Source of the DNA: Eubacteriales bacterium
GTDB taxonomy: Bacteria; Bacillota; Clostridia; Oscillospirales; RGIG577
Length of the DNA stretch: 64,000 nt
Direction of reading: 5' to 3'
Assembly (NCBI GenBank): GCA_050943735.1
Contig: JBMNPT010000004.1
Location: 66,108-130,107 of the forward strand
Numbering within the stretch: position 1 is the stretch's first letter; each line of letters opens with the position of its first letter. Both the position numbers and the translations under genes were made by a program. The notes beneath the pieces are model-generated. The model searched no databases. It saw only the letters and a program-made list of their open reading frames with translations, and was not told the DNA's origin. This document shows, piece by piece, positions 20,896 through 30,744 of this stretch.

Positions 20896-21627
20896 TTACA
20901 CCACAAATCCGCCGTTTACCCCCAACACCTGACCGGTGATGAAGGACGCCTGAGGAGAGCAGAGAAACCAGGCAGCTTGGGCCACTTCCTGGGGCGTCCC
21001 GATGCGGGACAGAGGGGTTTCTTCTGCCAGGGCCGCCATGGTTTCCGGCGAGTGCTCTCCATTCATCTGGGTGTCAATCACACCAGGCGCGATGCAGTTG
21101 ACCCGGATGCCCGAAGGCCCCACCTCCTGAGCCAATGCCCGGGTAAAACCGATCACACCCGCCTTGCTGGCCGAATAGGCCACCTCACAGGAAGCGCCGG
21201 TCTGTCCCCACATGGAGGAAATGTTGAGAATCGCACCCCGGTGCTGACGAATCATTTCCGGTAGCACCGCCCGGCTGCACAAAAAACATCCGGTGAGATT
21301 GATCCCCATCAACCGGTCCCACTGCCCGACGGTCATGTCCTGCAGCAGTCCAGTGTGTGCCACACCGGCGTTGTTGATGAGAACATCCACAAAGCCCAAA
21401 GCCTTCTGTGCCTCTTCCATCATGGACTGAACCTGTTCTTCCCGGGATACATCCGCCTGCAAGGGCAATACAGTGGTCCATTTTTCCAGCCTGCGGCACA
21501 GCTCCAGCGCCTCATCCCGGCTCCGGCTGAAATTGACACCTACCTGCCAGCCCTCCCGGGCAAAACGCTCGGCGATGGCCGCGCCAATTCCCCGGGACGC
21601 ACCGGTGATCAAAACCGCGGGACTCAT
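20896..21627 (-). CDS. Classical SDR-family oxidoreductase (FabG-like)
   Basis: TGASRGIGAAIA, NNAG and YSASK motifs. The start overlaps the folD stop (ATGA). Confidence 0.85.
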   Translation of the reverse strand: MSPAVLITGASRGIGAAIAERFAREGWQVGVNFSRSRDEALELCRRLEKWTTVLPLQADVSREEQVQSMMEEAQKALGFVDVLINNAGVAHTGLLQDMTVGQWDRLMGINLTGCFLCSRAVLPEMIRQHRGAILNISSMWGQTGASCEVAYSASKAGVIGFTRALAQEVGPSGIRVNCIAPGVIDTQMNGEHSPETMAALAEETPLSRIGTPQEVAQAAWFLCSPQASFITGQVLGVNGGFVV

Positions 21628-22475
21628 GGCCGTTCCAGCCGCATCTGAGCGGCCCGCAGGGTGTTCTGCATCAACGTGGTAATGGTCATGGGGCCCACAC
21701 CTCCCGGCACGGGAGTGATATAAGAAGCCTTGGGTTCTACTTCCCCAAAGTCCACATCCCCTACCAGCTTTCCATCCACCCGGTTCATGCCCACATCCAC
21801 CACTACGGCTCCTGTGCGGACCATATCGGCCTTGACAAAACGGGCTTTGCCCACCGCGGCGATGAGAATGTCCGCCTGGTGACAGATGGAGCGCAAATCC
21901 TTGGTTTTGGAGTGGCAGATAGTCACAGTGGCGTTTTTGTGCAGCATCAGCATGGCCATAGGTTTACCCACAATGTTGCTTCTCCCGATCACCACACACC
22001 GCTTTCCAGCGGGGTCAATGTGATAATAGGAAAGCATCTCCATGATCCCAGCAGGGGTGCAGGGCAGAAAATCAAACTCCCCGATCATCAGTTTGCCCAC
22101 ATTCACCGGATGGAAGCAGTCCACGTCCTTGTCAGGCCGAATGGCGTTGAGCACCGCTTTTTCATCAATGTGAGAGGGCAGCGGCAGTTGGGTGAGGATT
22201 CCATGAATGCGGTCATCGTTATTGAGCCGCTCCACCAGTGCCAGCAATTCCTCCTGGGTGGTTTCCTGGGGCAGCGCATACTTTTCAGAATAGAATCCCA
22301 CCTCCTGGCAAGCCAGTTCCTTGTTGCGCACATAGACCTGGGAAGCCGGATCGTCTCCCACAATGATGACCGCCAGCCCGGGCTGGATTCCCTTGCGGAC
22401 CAGTTCCTCGGTTTCCCGCCGAATCCGTCCGCGCACACTGGTGCTGACTTCTTTTCCACTCATCAACTGTGCCAT
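21624..22475 (-). CDS. folD: Bifunctional methylenetetrahydrofolate dehydrogenase/methenyl-THF cyclohydrolase
   Basis: 283 aa with typical FolD blocks (VGDDPASQVYVRNK, LLQLPLP, DVDCFHP.NVG, VVIGRSNIVGKP, GGVGPMT). Confidence 0.95.
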   Translation of the reverse strand: MAQLMSGKEVSTSVRGRIRRETEELVRKGIQPGLAVIIVGDDPASQVYVRNKELACQEVGFYSEKYALPQETTQEELLALVERLNNDDRIHGILTQLPLPSHIDEKAVLNAIRPDKDVDCFHPVNVGKLMIGEFDFLPCTPAGIMEMLSYYHIDPAGKRCVVIGRSNIVGKPMAMLMLHKNATVTICHSKTKDLRSICHQADILIAAVGKARFVKADMVRTGAVVVDVGMNRVDGKLVGDVDFGEVEPKASYITPVPGGVGPMTITTLMQNTLRAAQMRLERP

Positions 22476-23443
22476 TACGACTCCTCCTTTGACTGATCTG
22501 CCTGCTGTGCTTCCCGTTCCGCCTGTTCCATCTCGTCAGCCAGCTGTTCCAGCGCACTGCGTTCCCGCTGGATCTCAGGCTGTGCCGGCTGTTCTTCCAC
22601 CGGCTGAGCAGCCAGCGCGGGTTCCCATTTTTCCCAGGGCAGCCCCTTGCCCTGTGTCAGCCGGCGCCGCAGCCAAATCAACAGTGCCAGTCCGGCAACC
22701 ACCGACAACGCCGCCACCAGCTGAGATACCCGCAGACCAGTGCCAAAGAAATACAGACTGTCAGTGCGCAATCCTTCAATGAAAAACCGCCCGAATCCGT
22801 ACCACACTGCATAGAGCAGGGCCACTTCCCCGTCGTATTTGCGCTTGTCGTAGTACTTGTGCAGCAGCAGAAACCCAATGAGATTCCACAGCGATTCGTA
22901 GAGGAAGGTGGGATGAACCATGGTACGCTGGCCATCCACAGTGATCTCCATCCCCCAGGGCAGGCTAGTGGTGCTGCCAAAAGCCTCCCGGTTGATGAAG
23001 TTGCCCCAGCGGCCAATGCACTGGCCGATCATAAAGCCCAGCGCCACCAGGTCAAACATCTTAAACAGCGGCACCTTTTTTCTCCGGCACATCCAGGTGC
23101 CAAACAAGAAAGCACCAATGATGCCACCGTAAATGGCCAAGCCTCCATGCCATACCGCAATCACGTCGTACAGACTGTGGTACAGACTGGGGTAAAAAAT
23201 CACATAATACAGCCGGGCACACACCAGCGCTACGGGAGTGGTCCACAGCACCACATCCAGCATAGCGTCAATGTCCATCTTTTCCTTTTTAGCCCGCCAC
23301 ACCGCGTATGTAAGGCCCAGCAGGAACCCCACTGCTATGATGATTCCATACCAGTAGATGTCCTTGCCCAGCACCGAAAAAGCCACCCGGCTGGGATTGA
23401 AACTGAGTCCCAGCCCGGGGAAGGCGATCACATTGCTTTCCAT
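22475..23443 (-). CDS. lgt: Prolipoprotein diacylglyceryl transferase with a ~65-aa acidic C-terminal tail
   Basis: IYWYGIIIAVGFLLG, GGLAIYGGIIGA, GRWGNFINREAFG. The ATG at 23443 (MESNVIAFPG) follows the upstream stop at 23463. The stop shares 1 nt with the folD ATG. Confidence 0.9.
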   Translation of the reverse strand: MESNVIAFPGLGLSFNPSRVAFSVLGKDIYWYGIIIAVGFLLGLTYAVWRAKKEKMDIDAMLDVVLWTTPVALVCARLYYVIFYPSLYHSLYDVIAVWHGGLAIYGGIIGAFLFGTWMCRRKKVPLFKMFDLVALGFMIGQCIGRWGNFINREAFGSTTSLPWGMEITVDGQRTMVHPTFLYESLWNLIGFLLLHKYYDKRKYDGEVALLYAVWYGFGRFFIEGLRTDSLYFFGTGLRVSQLVAALSVVAGLALLIWLRRRLTQGKGLPWEKWEPALAAQPVEEQPAQPEIQRERSALEQLADEMEQAEREAQQADQSKEES

Positions 23444-23462
23444 TTCATTCACATCCTTTGCT

Positions 23463-24734
23463 TCACACCGGCCGGATGACCGACAGCGCCATCTTGCTTT
23501 CCACAAACAGTTCCCGCATCAGGGCCATACATTCTTCATACTGAATGTCATCAAATACATCCACAAAATCAAAGAGAGAGGCTCCCAGCAAATGATAGGT
23601 GACAAACAAATTGGCAATGTTGTCCACCGAGTTGAATTGCCGCACCGCCAAAGCATACAGCGATTTTTTGCAGCGCTGGAACAGCGCGTGGTTATCCGCC
23701 TGCATCATGCGCTGCAGCTCTTGCATCACCCGCGCCTGCACTGCCTGAGGGTCACGACTTTCGCCCCCCAGCATAGCCACGCCGAATCCTCGACCTGCCA
23801 TATATTCGCTTTCAAAGCCACTGTTCACCAGGCCGTCCTGATACAGAGATTCATAGAGAGAGCTGGCCTTCCCCGCCAGCATTTCCAGCAGGATGTTGAC
23901 CATCCACTCCCGCTTGACAGCTTCCCTGCCCTGCCACACACAACCGGTATCCTTAAAGCCCAACCGGAACAGCGGAGTGGACACAGGAAGAGCCTGTTCC
24001 ACCAGCGGCCGGGAGATCTCCTCCGGTTCCTGCCAGTCTTTGCATTCCACTTCCAGTTTGGGGGCGGGTTTGAGCACCTTGTCGCACACCGCCAGCACAT
24101 CCTGAGCCTGTACGTCCCCCACCACACACAGCACCATGTTGTGCAGGTTGTAAAAGGTGTGGTAACAGTCATACAGCGTTTCATGGGTGATATGGGAAAT
24201 GCTCTCCACTGTACCTGCAATGTCAATGGCCACAGGATTTTTCTGATACAGAGCTCCCAGCAGGTTGAACATTACCCGCCATTCTCCATCGTCATCATAC
24301 ATACGGATTTCCTGGCCGATGATCCCCTGCTCTTTTGCCACACTTTCGGCGGTGAAATAGGGACGGGACACAAAATCCACCAGAATTTCCAGACTTTCCA
24401 TCACCTGATCGGTGGCGGAAAACAGATAGGCCGTCTTGTCAAAGCCGGTGAAGGCATTGGCGCTGGCACCGGTGGCCGCGTACTTTTCAAAAGCATTGCC
24501 ATCCTCATTGTCAAACAGCTTGTGTTCCAGGAAATGAGCAATCCCGTCAGGAATCTGCCGGTACTCCTTTTCTCCCGCCAGACGGAAGGCATTGTCCACA
24601 CTGCCAAAACGGGTGGCAAACATGGCATAAGTTTTGTTGTATCCCTTCTTGGGGATCACCGCCACCGTCAGTCCGCTCTTGTGCTGATACAGCTGAATCT
24701 CCTCACCCAGCCGTTCATTGGTCAACTTTTGCAT
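23463..24734 (-). CDS. M16-family (pitrilysin/insulinase) zinc peptidase, catalytic-type subunit
   Basis: Inverted zinc motif HxxEH present (GIAHFLEHKLF). 423 aa. Resembles the YmfH/AlbE-like family. Confidence 0.85.
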   Translation of the reverse strand: MQKLTNERLGEEIQLYQHKSGLTVAVIPKKGYNKTYAMFATRFGSVDNAFRLAGEKEYRQIPDGIAHFLEHKLFDNEDGNAFEKYAATGASANAFTGFDKTAYLFSATDQVMESLEILVDFVSRPYFTAESVAKEQGIIGQEIRMYDDDGEWRVMFNLLGALYQKNPVAIDIAGTVESISHITHETLYDCYHTFYNLHNMVLCVVGDVQAQDVLAVCDKVLKPAPKLEVECKDWQEPEEISRPLVEQALPVSTPLFRLGFKDTGCVWQGREAVKREWMVNILLEMLAGKASSLYESLYQDGLVNSGFESEYMAGRGFGVAMLGGESRDPQAVQARVMQELQRMMQADNHALFQRCKKSLYALAVRQFNSVDNIANLFVTYHLLGASLFDFVDVFDDIQYEECMALMRELFVESKMALSVIRPV

Positions 24735-26011
24735 CAGTGGTTCGCCTCCTCTCCCTGCAACACATGGGTGATCTGCAGCTGAATGTGGGCGGCTGCCTGA
24801 ACCGCCTGCTCCCGGGTGACCTGCATCACCCGCCCGATATACTCCTGCTCATCCAGCGGATGGCTGGCCATCTGTTCACTGAGCAAAAACTCTTCCAGAT
24901 GCGCCGGGCTGTCCTGCTGGGAACGAAGAGCATTGACCACACTCTTCTGGGCCGCCAGGAATTCTTCTTCTGTCACCTGTCCCTGCTGCAGCTGTTCCAG
25001 CTGATGCAGAATTTCGGCGGTGGCCACTTCCAAGTTGGCCTGCTCAATGCCGCTGTATACCAAAATCTGGCCGTTGGCTTTGGAGTACCGGGCCGCGGCG
25101 TAATAACACAGAGACATTTTTTCCCGCACATTCATAAACAGCTTAGAAGTGGGACCGCCGCCATATACCGCCACAGCCATCAGCATGGGAAAGTACAGTG
25201 GATCGTCCACAGTGATTCCGGTGGTCATACCCATGGTCACCTTACACTGTGCCAATGCCATGGTTTCGGTCACCTGTCCCTTTTGCCCCTGGCTCACATC
25301 CACCGGCTGGGCCTTCATTTCCAATTCCACACTGTGCAGGTCGCCAAATCGGGCCTCCAGCTGTTTTGCCATCTCCTCAGGCTCCATACTGCCCACATAC
25401 ACCACTTCAATCCTGGATTGGGTGAGCCACTTCCGATAGTGCCGGTATAGATTGTCCGGAGAGATGACTTCTCTCTCCAGCACCTCCGCCTCGCCCAATT
25501 CACTGAGCGCCCAAGGTGTTCCCTGTGCCATCAACGCAGTGCAACGATCTACGCCGTACAGCATCTTGTCGTTTACTCGAGAGAGGATCTTCTCCCGCAG
25601 GTTGTTTTTCTCCAATCCTAAAATGGTGGGGTCAAATCCCTCTCCCTGAGTCATGGGATCCAGCAACACATTCCGCAGCACATCCAAGCAGCGTCCACTG
25701 ATGTCCTCTCCTTCCAGCGCAAACCGATTTTTGAGAAAACTCAGGGTAAAGCCAGTGGATTGATAGGCTCCACGCTTACGCACCGAAGGCTGCAGCCGGG
25801 CGCCATATAATTCCTCCAACGCCATGTTGAGCCCCTTTTGTCCGCCATAGGTGCGGCAGCCCGCCGCCAATACATAGGGCAACAGAGCATTCTGGGTGTT
25901 TTCTTCCGCCCGCAGAGGCCGGGTCATGGAAATGCTGAGAAACTCGGTTTTGAACCGGTCACCGGGAATGACATGCAGATGAATTCCGTTGTTGAGCTGA
26001 ATGGATGGCAA
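24734..26011 (-). CDS. M16-family peptidase-like protein, non-catalytic-type partner (no HxxEH seen)
   Basis: Same fold length and pattern as the downstream gene, but the HxxEH position is absent. The stop overlaps the partner ATG by 1 nt. Confidence 0.78.
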   Translation of the reverse strand: MPSIQLNNGIHLHVIPGDRFKTEFLSISMTRPLRAEENTQNALLPYVLAAGCRTYGGQKGLNMALEELYGARLQPSVRKRGAYQSTGFTLSFLKNRFALEGEDISGRCLDVLRNVLLDPMTQGEGFDPTILGLEKNNLREKILSRVNDKMLYGVDRCTALMAQGTPWALSELGEAEVLEREVISPDNLYRHYRKWLTQSRIEVVYVGSMEPEEMAKQLEARFGDLHSVELEMKAQPVDVSQGQKGQVTETMALAQCKVTMGMTTGITVDDPLYFPMLMAVAVYGGGPTSKLFMNVREKMSLCYYAAARYSKANGQILVYSGIEQANLEVATAEILHQLEQLQQGQVTEEEFLAAQKSVVNALRSQQDSPAHLEEFLLSEQMASHPLDEQEYIGRVMQVTREQAVQAAAHIQLQITHVLQGEEANH

Positions 26012-26024
26012 TGCAGATTCCTCC

Positions 26025-27209
26025 TCACTTATCCAGATTGACGGTAATTTTCACCAGATTGTTGTCGGTTTTGAAGTTTTCGCAATTGTAAATAAACAGT
26101 ACATCGGTACAGCCGCTCTGGTCAATGAGCTGCCGGGCATCCCCGTTGAAATACCGCATATCCAGCATATAAATATCCTGGTAATGGTTGGCCAGGAAGG
26201 GCACCAGCGCGTGGGCATAGGAATCCTTGATGACAAACAGCTTTTTCCCATTCTGATTGGAAGAAGCAATGTGCACGTAGGAGTGGTTGCCGTCCAAAAA
26301 CACGCTGTACTTGTCCTTGGTTTCCAGCTTATCCATGGCATACAGCCCCTCCATGGAACCGCCTTCTCCCAGGAATTCCACTGTGTAGTTCATCTGCTCC
26401 TTGGGTATATACGCTTCAATGGTATCAGCCGGGAAACTGGGCAGAGTAGCTTTGCTCCACAGAGTACCGTAGAATTCATCGCTCAGTTTCTCCACCTGGA
26501 AATCGTCCATTTCATAAGGTGTAAAGCCCAGGGCATCCCCCAACTGGGTATAGGCCAGATAAGCGCCATAGGTAGTCCAGTGATGGTCGGTACGGTAGTA
26601 TACCTGCTGCTCCTCCTTGTGAGCCCGCAGTTCTTCGGTAGGATCAATCACCGTCACTCCGCTGCCGTCCAGTCCCTCTTTGACCCGCTGCATCAGCTGC
26701 AGCTGCTGATCGGTGTACGCATGGTCGGGCAATTTGTCCTGCATGATTTCAAACGAAGTGGGAGCCAACAGGAAATCCACCTGATAGGTCCCCAGTTCAG
26801 CCAGCTTCCGAATAGCCTCGATGTTGTTCTTTTCCACCTGGGGATTAAAGGTGGAGGGATCCGCCACTTCCGCCGGAATCTGAATCAGATAATTGTCCTT
26901 GCCGAAATAAGTACCTTTATTCTCTGTTTTGAACAGCGCTTTTTCCATTACGGCCTTGAGGGAAATAAAAGTGTCCCGCATCAGGAATTGATCGGAGATG
27001 TACTTGTCAATCTTCTCCCCATATTTGCCCTCCAAAAACTCGTCCATTTTGAATTCGGGCATCTGCTGCAAGGTACGGTTTTCATTTTCCGAAAATTCCT
27101 TGGAGGGAGTGAGGGCATTGACAGTGCTCACCGCCACCAGACCCACACAAAACGCAGTGGTAATTACACGGTTGGCCAGCCGGTGGCTGGGCTTCTTTTC
27201 TCTTCTCAT
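26025..27209 (-). CDS. DHHW-motif protein (AlgX/AlgJ/PatB-like SGNH-type O-acyltransferase partner), membrane-anchored and extracytoplasmic
   Basis: N-terminal anchor VITTAFCVGLVAVSTV. Literal motif YYRTDHHWTTYGAY. Lies directly downstream of an MBOAT gene. Confidence 0.75.
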   Translation of the reverse strand: MRREKKPSHRLANRVITTAFCVGLVAVSTVNALTPSKEFSENENRTLQQMPEFKMDEFLEGKYGEKIDKYISDQFLMRDTFISLKAVMEKALFKTENKGTYFGKDNYLIQIPAEVADPSTFNPQVEKNNIEAIRKLAELGTYQVDFLLAPTSFEIMQDKLPDHAYTDQQLQLMQRVKEGLDGSGVTVIDPTEELRAHKEEQQVYYRTDHHWTTYGAYLAYTQLGDALGFTPYEMDDFQVEKLSDEFYGTLWSKATLPSFPADTIEAYIPKEQMNYTVEFLGEGGSMEGLYAMDKLETKDKYSVFLDGNHSYVHIASSNQNGKKLFVIKDSYAHALVPFLANHYQDIYMLDMRYFNGDARQLIDQSGCTDVLFIYNCENFKTDNNLVKITVNLDK

Positions 27210-27230
27210 ACAAGGTTCCTCTCTTTCATG

Positions 27231-28631
27231 TCAAAAACGGAAATACAAAAACGGATTGTAGGCGGAGTCCACCAGATAGGCCACACAGGCCACAAACAGC
27301 ACCACCGACAAAAGCGGCCGGAGCACATACAGACTGCGCTGGGTATAGGCCCGGAAAATCTCGCGGGGCCAGGGCAGACTGGCCACAATAAGAATGACCA
27401 GCATCACCAGATTGCCACTGATATAATAGAGGAAGCGATCATCCACCAGCGGCGCGCCACTCAGGCCAAACATCACCTGCAGATAGGAGAGCAGGACATT
27501 TAGATCCTCGATGGCAAAAATAGCCCAGCCCACAATGACAAAAAACATGGTATAAATCCCGGATACAAAACCGGGCAGTTTTTTGAGAATGGGCAACAGG
27601 AATGTTTTTTCAATGACCAGCAGCACACAGTAATACAGTCCCCACAGTACAAAATTCCAGCTGGCGCCGTGCCACAGACCGGTGAGAAACCATACTACAA
27701 AAATGTTGAAATACATACGGGGCAGCTTTACCCGATTGCCACCCAGGGGTATGTACACATACTCCCGGAACCAGGTGCCCAGCGAAATGTGCCATCTGCG
27801 CCAAAACTCGGTAATGGAACGGCTGATATAGGGGTAATTGAAGTTCTCCAAAAATTCAAAGCCGAACATTTTACCCAGGCCAATGGCCATATCGCTGTAC
27901 CCAGAAAAGTCAAAGTAAATCTGGAAAGTAAAGGCCACCGCTCCCAGCCAGGCCGTCGCCACTGAAAGCTCTCCCCCATCCATCAGCTTAATGGCATCCC
28001 ATACATAGCCGATGTTGTTGGCCAGCAGTACCTTTTTGCCCAAACCTGCCATAAAACGCAGCAGACCCTCGGCAAATTTGTCGCAATTCTCCTCCCGCTC
28101 ATTGAGCTGCAGGGCAATGGTGTTATACCGTACAATAGGGCCTGCAATCAGCTGAGGGAACAGCGCCACATAGGTACCAAAGTCGATGACATTGCGCTGA
28201 ATAGGAGCCTCCCCCCGATATACATCGATGGTATAGCTCATGGTTTGGAAGGTGTAGAAGGAAATACCGATGGGCAACGCCAAATTCAACAGCGGAATGG
28301 AGGTGCCCAGCAGCGCATTGAGATTGGTGAGAATAAAATCGGTATACTTAAAAAAGCACATGATGGCCAGATTGCCCACCACCGATACCGCTACCACCGC
28401 TTTCTGCTTTCCTCGCTGCCCTTGGTATCGCTCCAACAGCAACCCATTGCAGTAATCAAAAAAGGTGGAAAACAACATGATAAATACGTACACCGGCTCG
28501 CCCCAGGCATAAAATACCAAACTCATCACAAAGAGGACGAGATTTTTCATGCGGGTACCGCGGGCCAGGAAATACAGCACCAGCACCACCGGCAGGAAAT
28601 AAAACAGGAACAGCAAACTTGAAAAGACCAT
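27231..28631 (-). CDS. MBOAT-family membrane O-acyltransferase (AlgI/DltB/PatA-like)
   Basis: Polytopic, 466 aa. Starts MVFSSLLFLFYFLPVVL. Conserved His block FWRRWHISLGTWFREYVYIPLGG. Confidence 0.87.
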   Translation of the reverse strand: MVFSSLLFLFYFLPVVLVLYFLARGTRMKNLVLFVMSLVFYAWGEPVYVFIMLFSTFFDYCNGLLLERYQGQRGKQKAVVAVSVVGNLAIMCFFKYTDFILTNLNALLGTSIPLLNLALPIGISFYTFQTMSYTIDVYRGEAPIQRNVIDFGTYVALFPQLIAGPIVRYNTIALQLNEREENCDKFAEGLLRFMAGLGKKVLLANNIGYVWDAIKLMDGGELSVATAWLGAVAFTFQIYFDFSGYSDMAIGLGKMFGFEFLENFNYPYISRSITEFWRRWHISLGTWFREYVYIPLGGNRVKLPRMYFNIFVVWFLTGLWHGASWNFVLWGLYYCVLLVIEKTFLLPILKKLPGFVSGIYTMFFVIVGWAIFAIEDLNVLLSYLQVMFGLSGAPLVDDRFLYYISGNLVMLVILIVASLPWPREIFRAYTQRSLYVLRPLLSVVLFVACVAYLVDSAYNPFLYFRF

Positions 28632-28724
28632 CTACCTTTACTCTCTCCTTTTATGTATAGGGTCCTGCTTTGCCCTTTGAGGGCAAAGCCACCCATATTA
28701 ATCACAATAGTTGTATTGTACACC

Positions 28725-29303
28725 TTACATACTCAGGCTGTCAAAAGCTTTTTCGGCTTCTGCGGCATTTTCTGCCACAATGAGCACTGCGTAATCACCT
28801 TTGGTCTTCACCACAGCGCTCTGTACTCGTTTGAGTTGTGTTTCATCTCCTTTCCATTTCTCCTCCAATTGCTTTTTACGGTTTTCCAAATCGGTTACTG
28901 CTTCCTGCAAATTTGCCTCATCCTTGGCGCGGATGAGAATGATTTCCCGGGCTTCACTGCCATCTGGAGCGGCCTTTACTGCCACCTCTTCATACTTGTT
29001 GGCATCAATGCCGTAATCATCCTTCCACATGCTCTCTTCCACATCGGTCAGCGATTGAGCCTCATCACCCACGCCCATCAAAATTCCTGCCATACCATCG
29101 GCTACACCTTTGATGGCTTCACCCGCTCCCTGAGTGATGTCCTCCACCATATTTTCAGCGTCGTCCATCATATTTTCACCGGGAGTGGTGGTCTGAGAGG
29201 GGCTGTTGGATGGGTCGGTTGTGGAACTGTTGTCATTGCCACAGGCGGTGAGCATCGTTCCGCACAGAACCAATGTCAAAAGAATTGCTGCTGCTTTTTT
29301 CAT
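28725..29303 (-). CDS. Lipoprotein, DUF4358-like, first gene of the MBOAT cluster
   Basis: MKKAAAILLTLVLCGTMLTACGNDNS carries a lipobox (LTAC). AGGAGGAA RBS lies upstream of the ATG at 29303. The family call is from memory of the usual MBOAT/DHHW neighbour and was not searched. Confidence 0.6.
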   Translation of the reverse strand: MKKAAAILLTLVLCGTMLTACGNDNSSTTDPSNSPSQTTTPGENMMDDAENMVEDITQGAGEAIKGVADGMAGILMGVGDEAQSLTDVEESMWKDDYGIDANKYEEVAVKAAPDGSEAREIILIRAKDEANLQEAVTDLENRKKQLEEKWKGDETQLKRVQSAVVKTKGDYAVLIVAENAAEAEKAFDSLSM

Positions 29304-29432
29304 TGTGGATTTCCTCCTGTTACTATAGACGTTTCGGCCTGGGAATAGTTCCCTGTCAAACCGTCCTTTTTTTCTGTGCCTAGTATGTGTCAGACCGCTT
29401 TCATCCATGCAGGGAAAAATTCCCGCACATTA

Positions 29433-29463
29433 TAAAAAGGCGGCGAACACTCTGTTCGCCGCC
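29433..29463 (-). terminator. Rho-independent terminator after dnaJ
   Basis: Stem ggcggcgaaca (29439-29449) / tgttcgccgcc (29453-29463). The A5 run at 29434-29438 gives a U-tract on the minus strand. Confidence 0.75.
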
Positions 29464-29474
29464 TGCATTGCGGA

Positions 29475-30644
29475 TTATTTTTTATTATTCTGATTAAAAG
29501 CCTCTTTGATTTTGTCAAAAAAACTCTTTTGACCAGTGTACTTGCCCTCTGCGGACTTGTCAAATTCCCGCAGTTTTTCCTTTTGTTCGGGAGTGAGATT
29601 GCGGGGTACTTCCACAATGACCTTCACATACTGATCTCCGCGTCCCCGTCCCTGCAAATGGGGAATGCCCTTGCCGCGAATCCGGAAAACGGTGTGGGAC
29701 TGGGTTCCTTCCGGCACCCGATACTTCACCTTGCCGTCAATGGTAGGCACTTCCAGCTCCGCGCCCAGCGCTGCCTGTACAAAGGTAATGGGGAACTCGC
29801 ACATCACATCCACGCCGTCCCGCTCAAAAATGGGATGAGGACGTACACGAATGGTCACCAGCAGGTCACCCCGAGGGCCATTGTTGGCACCCACATTGCC
29901 CTGGCCGCGCAACGAAATGGTCTGACCATCATCAATGCCGGCAGGAATGTTGACCTGCAGTTTTTTGGTCCGCCGCACACGTCCCTGACCGCCACATTTG
30001 CTGCAGGGCGTTTTGATAATCTTGCCCTTACCACCGCAGGCGTCACAGGTTCTCATGGTAGCCATGGTGCCAAAGGGAGTTCGCTGCTGATACCGCACCT
30101 GTCCTGTGCCGCCGCAGCGACTGCAGGTTTCCGTCTGGGTTCCCTTGGCTGCGCCAGTGCCCTGGCACTCGTCACAGCTGTCCACAATCTGCGCCTCAAT
30201 TTCTTTGGTCACGCCAAAAGCCGCTTCCTCAAAGGAAATGGTCACATTGGTATTCACATTGGCGCCGCGCTGGGGAGCATTGGCCCGCTGGCTGGTACTG
30301 CCAAACCCGCCGCCAAAGCCGCCACCGAAAAAGCTGCCAAAAATATCTCCCAGATCACCCATATCGCCAAAGCCGGAGAAGCCACCGCCAAAGCCGCCGC
30401 CCGCGCCAAAATTGGGGTCCACCCCCGCATGGCCGAACTGATCATATTTGGCCCGTTTTTCGCTGTTGCTCAATACTTCATAGGCTTCATTGACCTCTTT
30501 GAACTTTGCCTCGGCCTCTTTATCTCCCGGATTGCGATCTGGGTGATATTTCATTGCCAATTTACGGTATGCTTTTTTCAGTTCTGCGTCCGTAGCTCCT
30601 TTGGCCACGCCCAGAACCTCATAATAATCTCTTTTTTCTGCCAT
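29475..30644 (-). CDS. dnaJ: Molecular chaperone DnaJ
   Basis: J domain (DYYEVLGV...HPDRN), G/F region and four CxxCxGxG zinc-finger repeats. Confidence 0.97.
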   Translation of the reverse strand: MAEKRDYYEVLGVAKGATDAELKKAYRKLAMKYHPDRNPGDKEAEAKFKEVNEAYEVLSNSEKRAKYDQFGHAGVDPNFGAGGGFGGGFSGFGDMGDLGDIFGSFFGGGFGGGFGSTSQRANAPQRGANVNTNVTISFEEAAFGVTKEIEAQIVDSCDECQGTGAAKGTQTETCSRCGGTGQVRYQQRTPFGTMATMRTCDACGGKGKIIKTPCSKCGGQGRVRRTKKLQVNIPAGIDDGQTISLRGQGNVGANNGPRGDLLVTIRVRPHPIFERDGVDVMCEFPITFVQAALGAELEVPTIDGKVKYRVPEGTQSHTVFRIRGKGIPHLQGRGRGDQYVKVIVEVPRNLTPEQKEKLREFDKSAEGKYTGQKSFFDKIKEAFNQNNKK

Positions 30645-30673
30645 TCAATCACCCTTTTCTGCCTGTATCTCAT

Positions 30674-30744
30674 AAAAAGGGGCCCTTGTCAGCGCCCCCT
30701 TTTCTCCATAATATCCGAAGCAGCCTAATGCCGCTTCGGATATT
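30674..30744 (-). promoter_or_regulatory. Two stem-loops in the dnaK-dnaJ spacer (possible partial terminator or processing site)
   Basis: On the minus strand the first hairpin is aatatccgaagc...gcttcggatatt (30744-30710). The second is a GC-rich hairpin aaaaggggc/gcccctttt (30704-30674) followed by a U-run, 30 nt before the dnaJ RBS. Confidence 0.4.
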
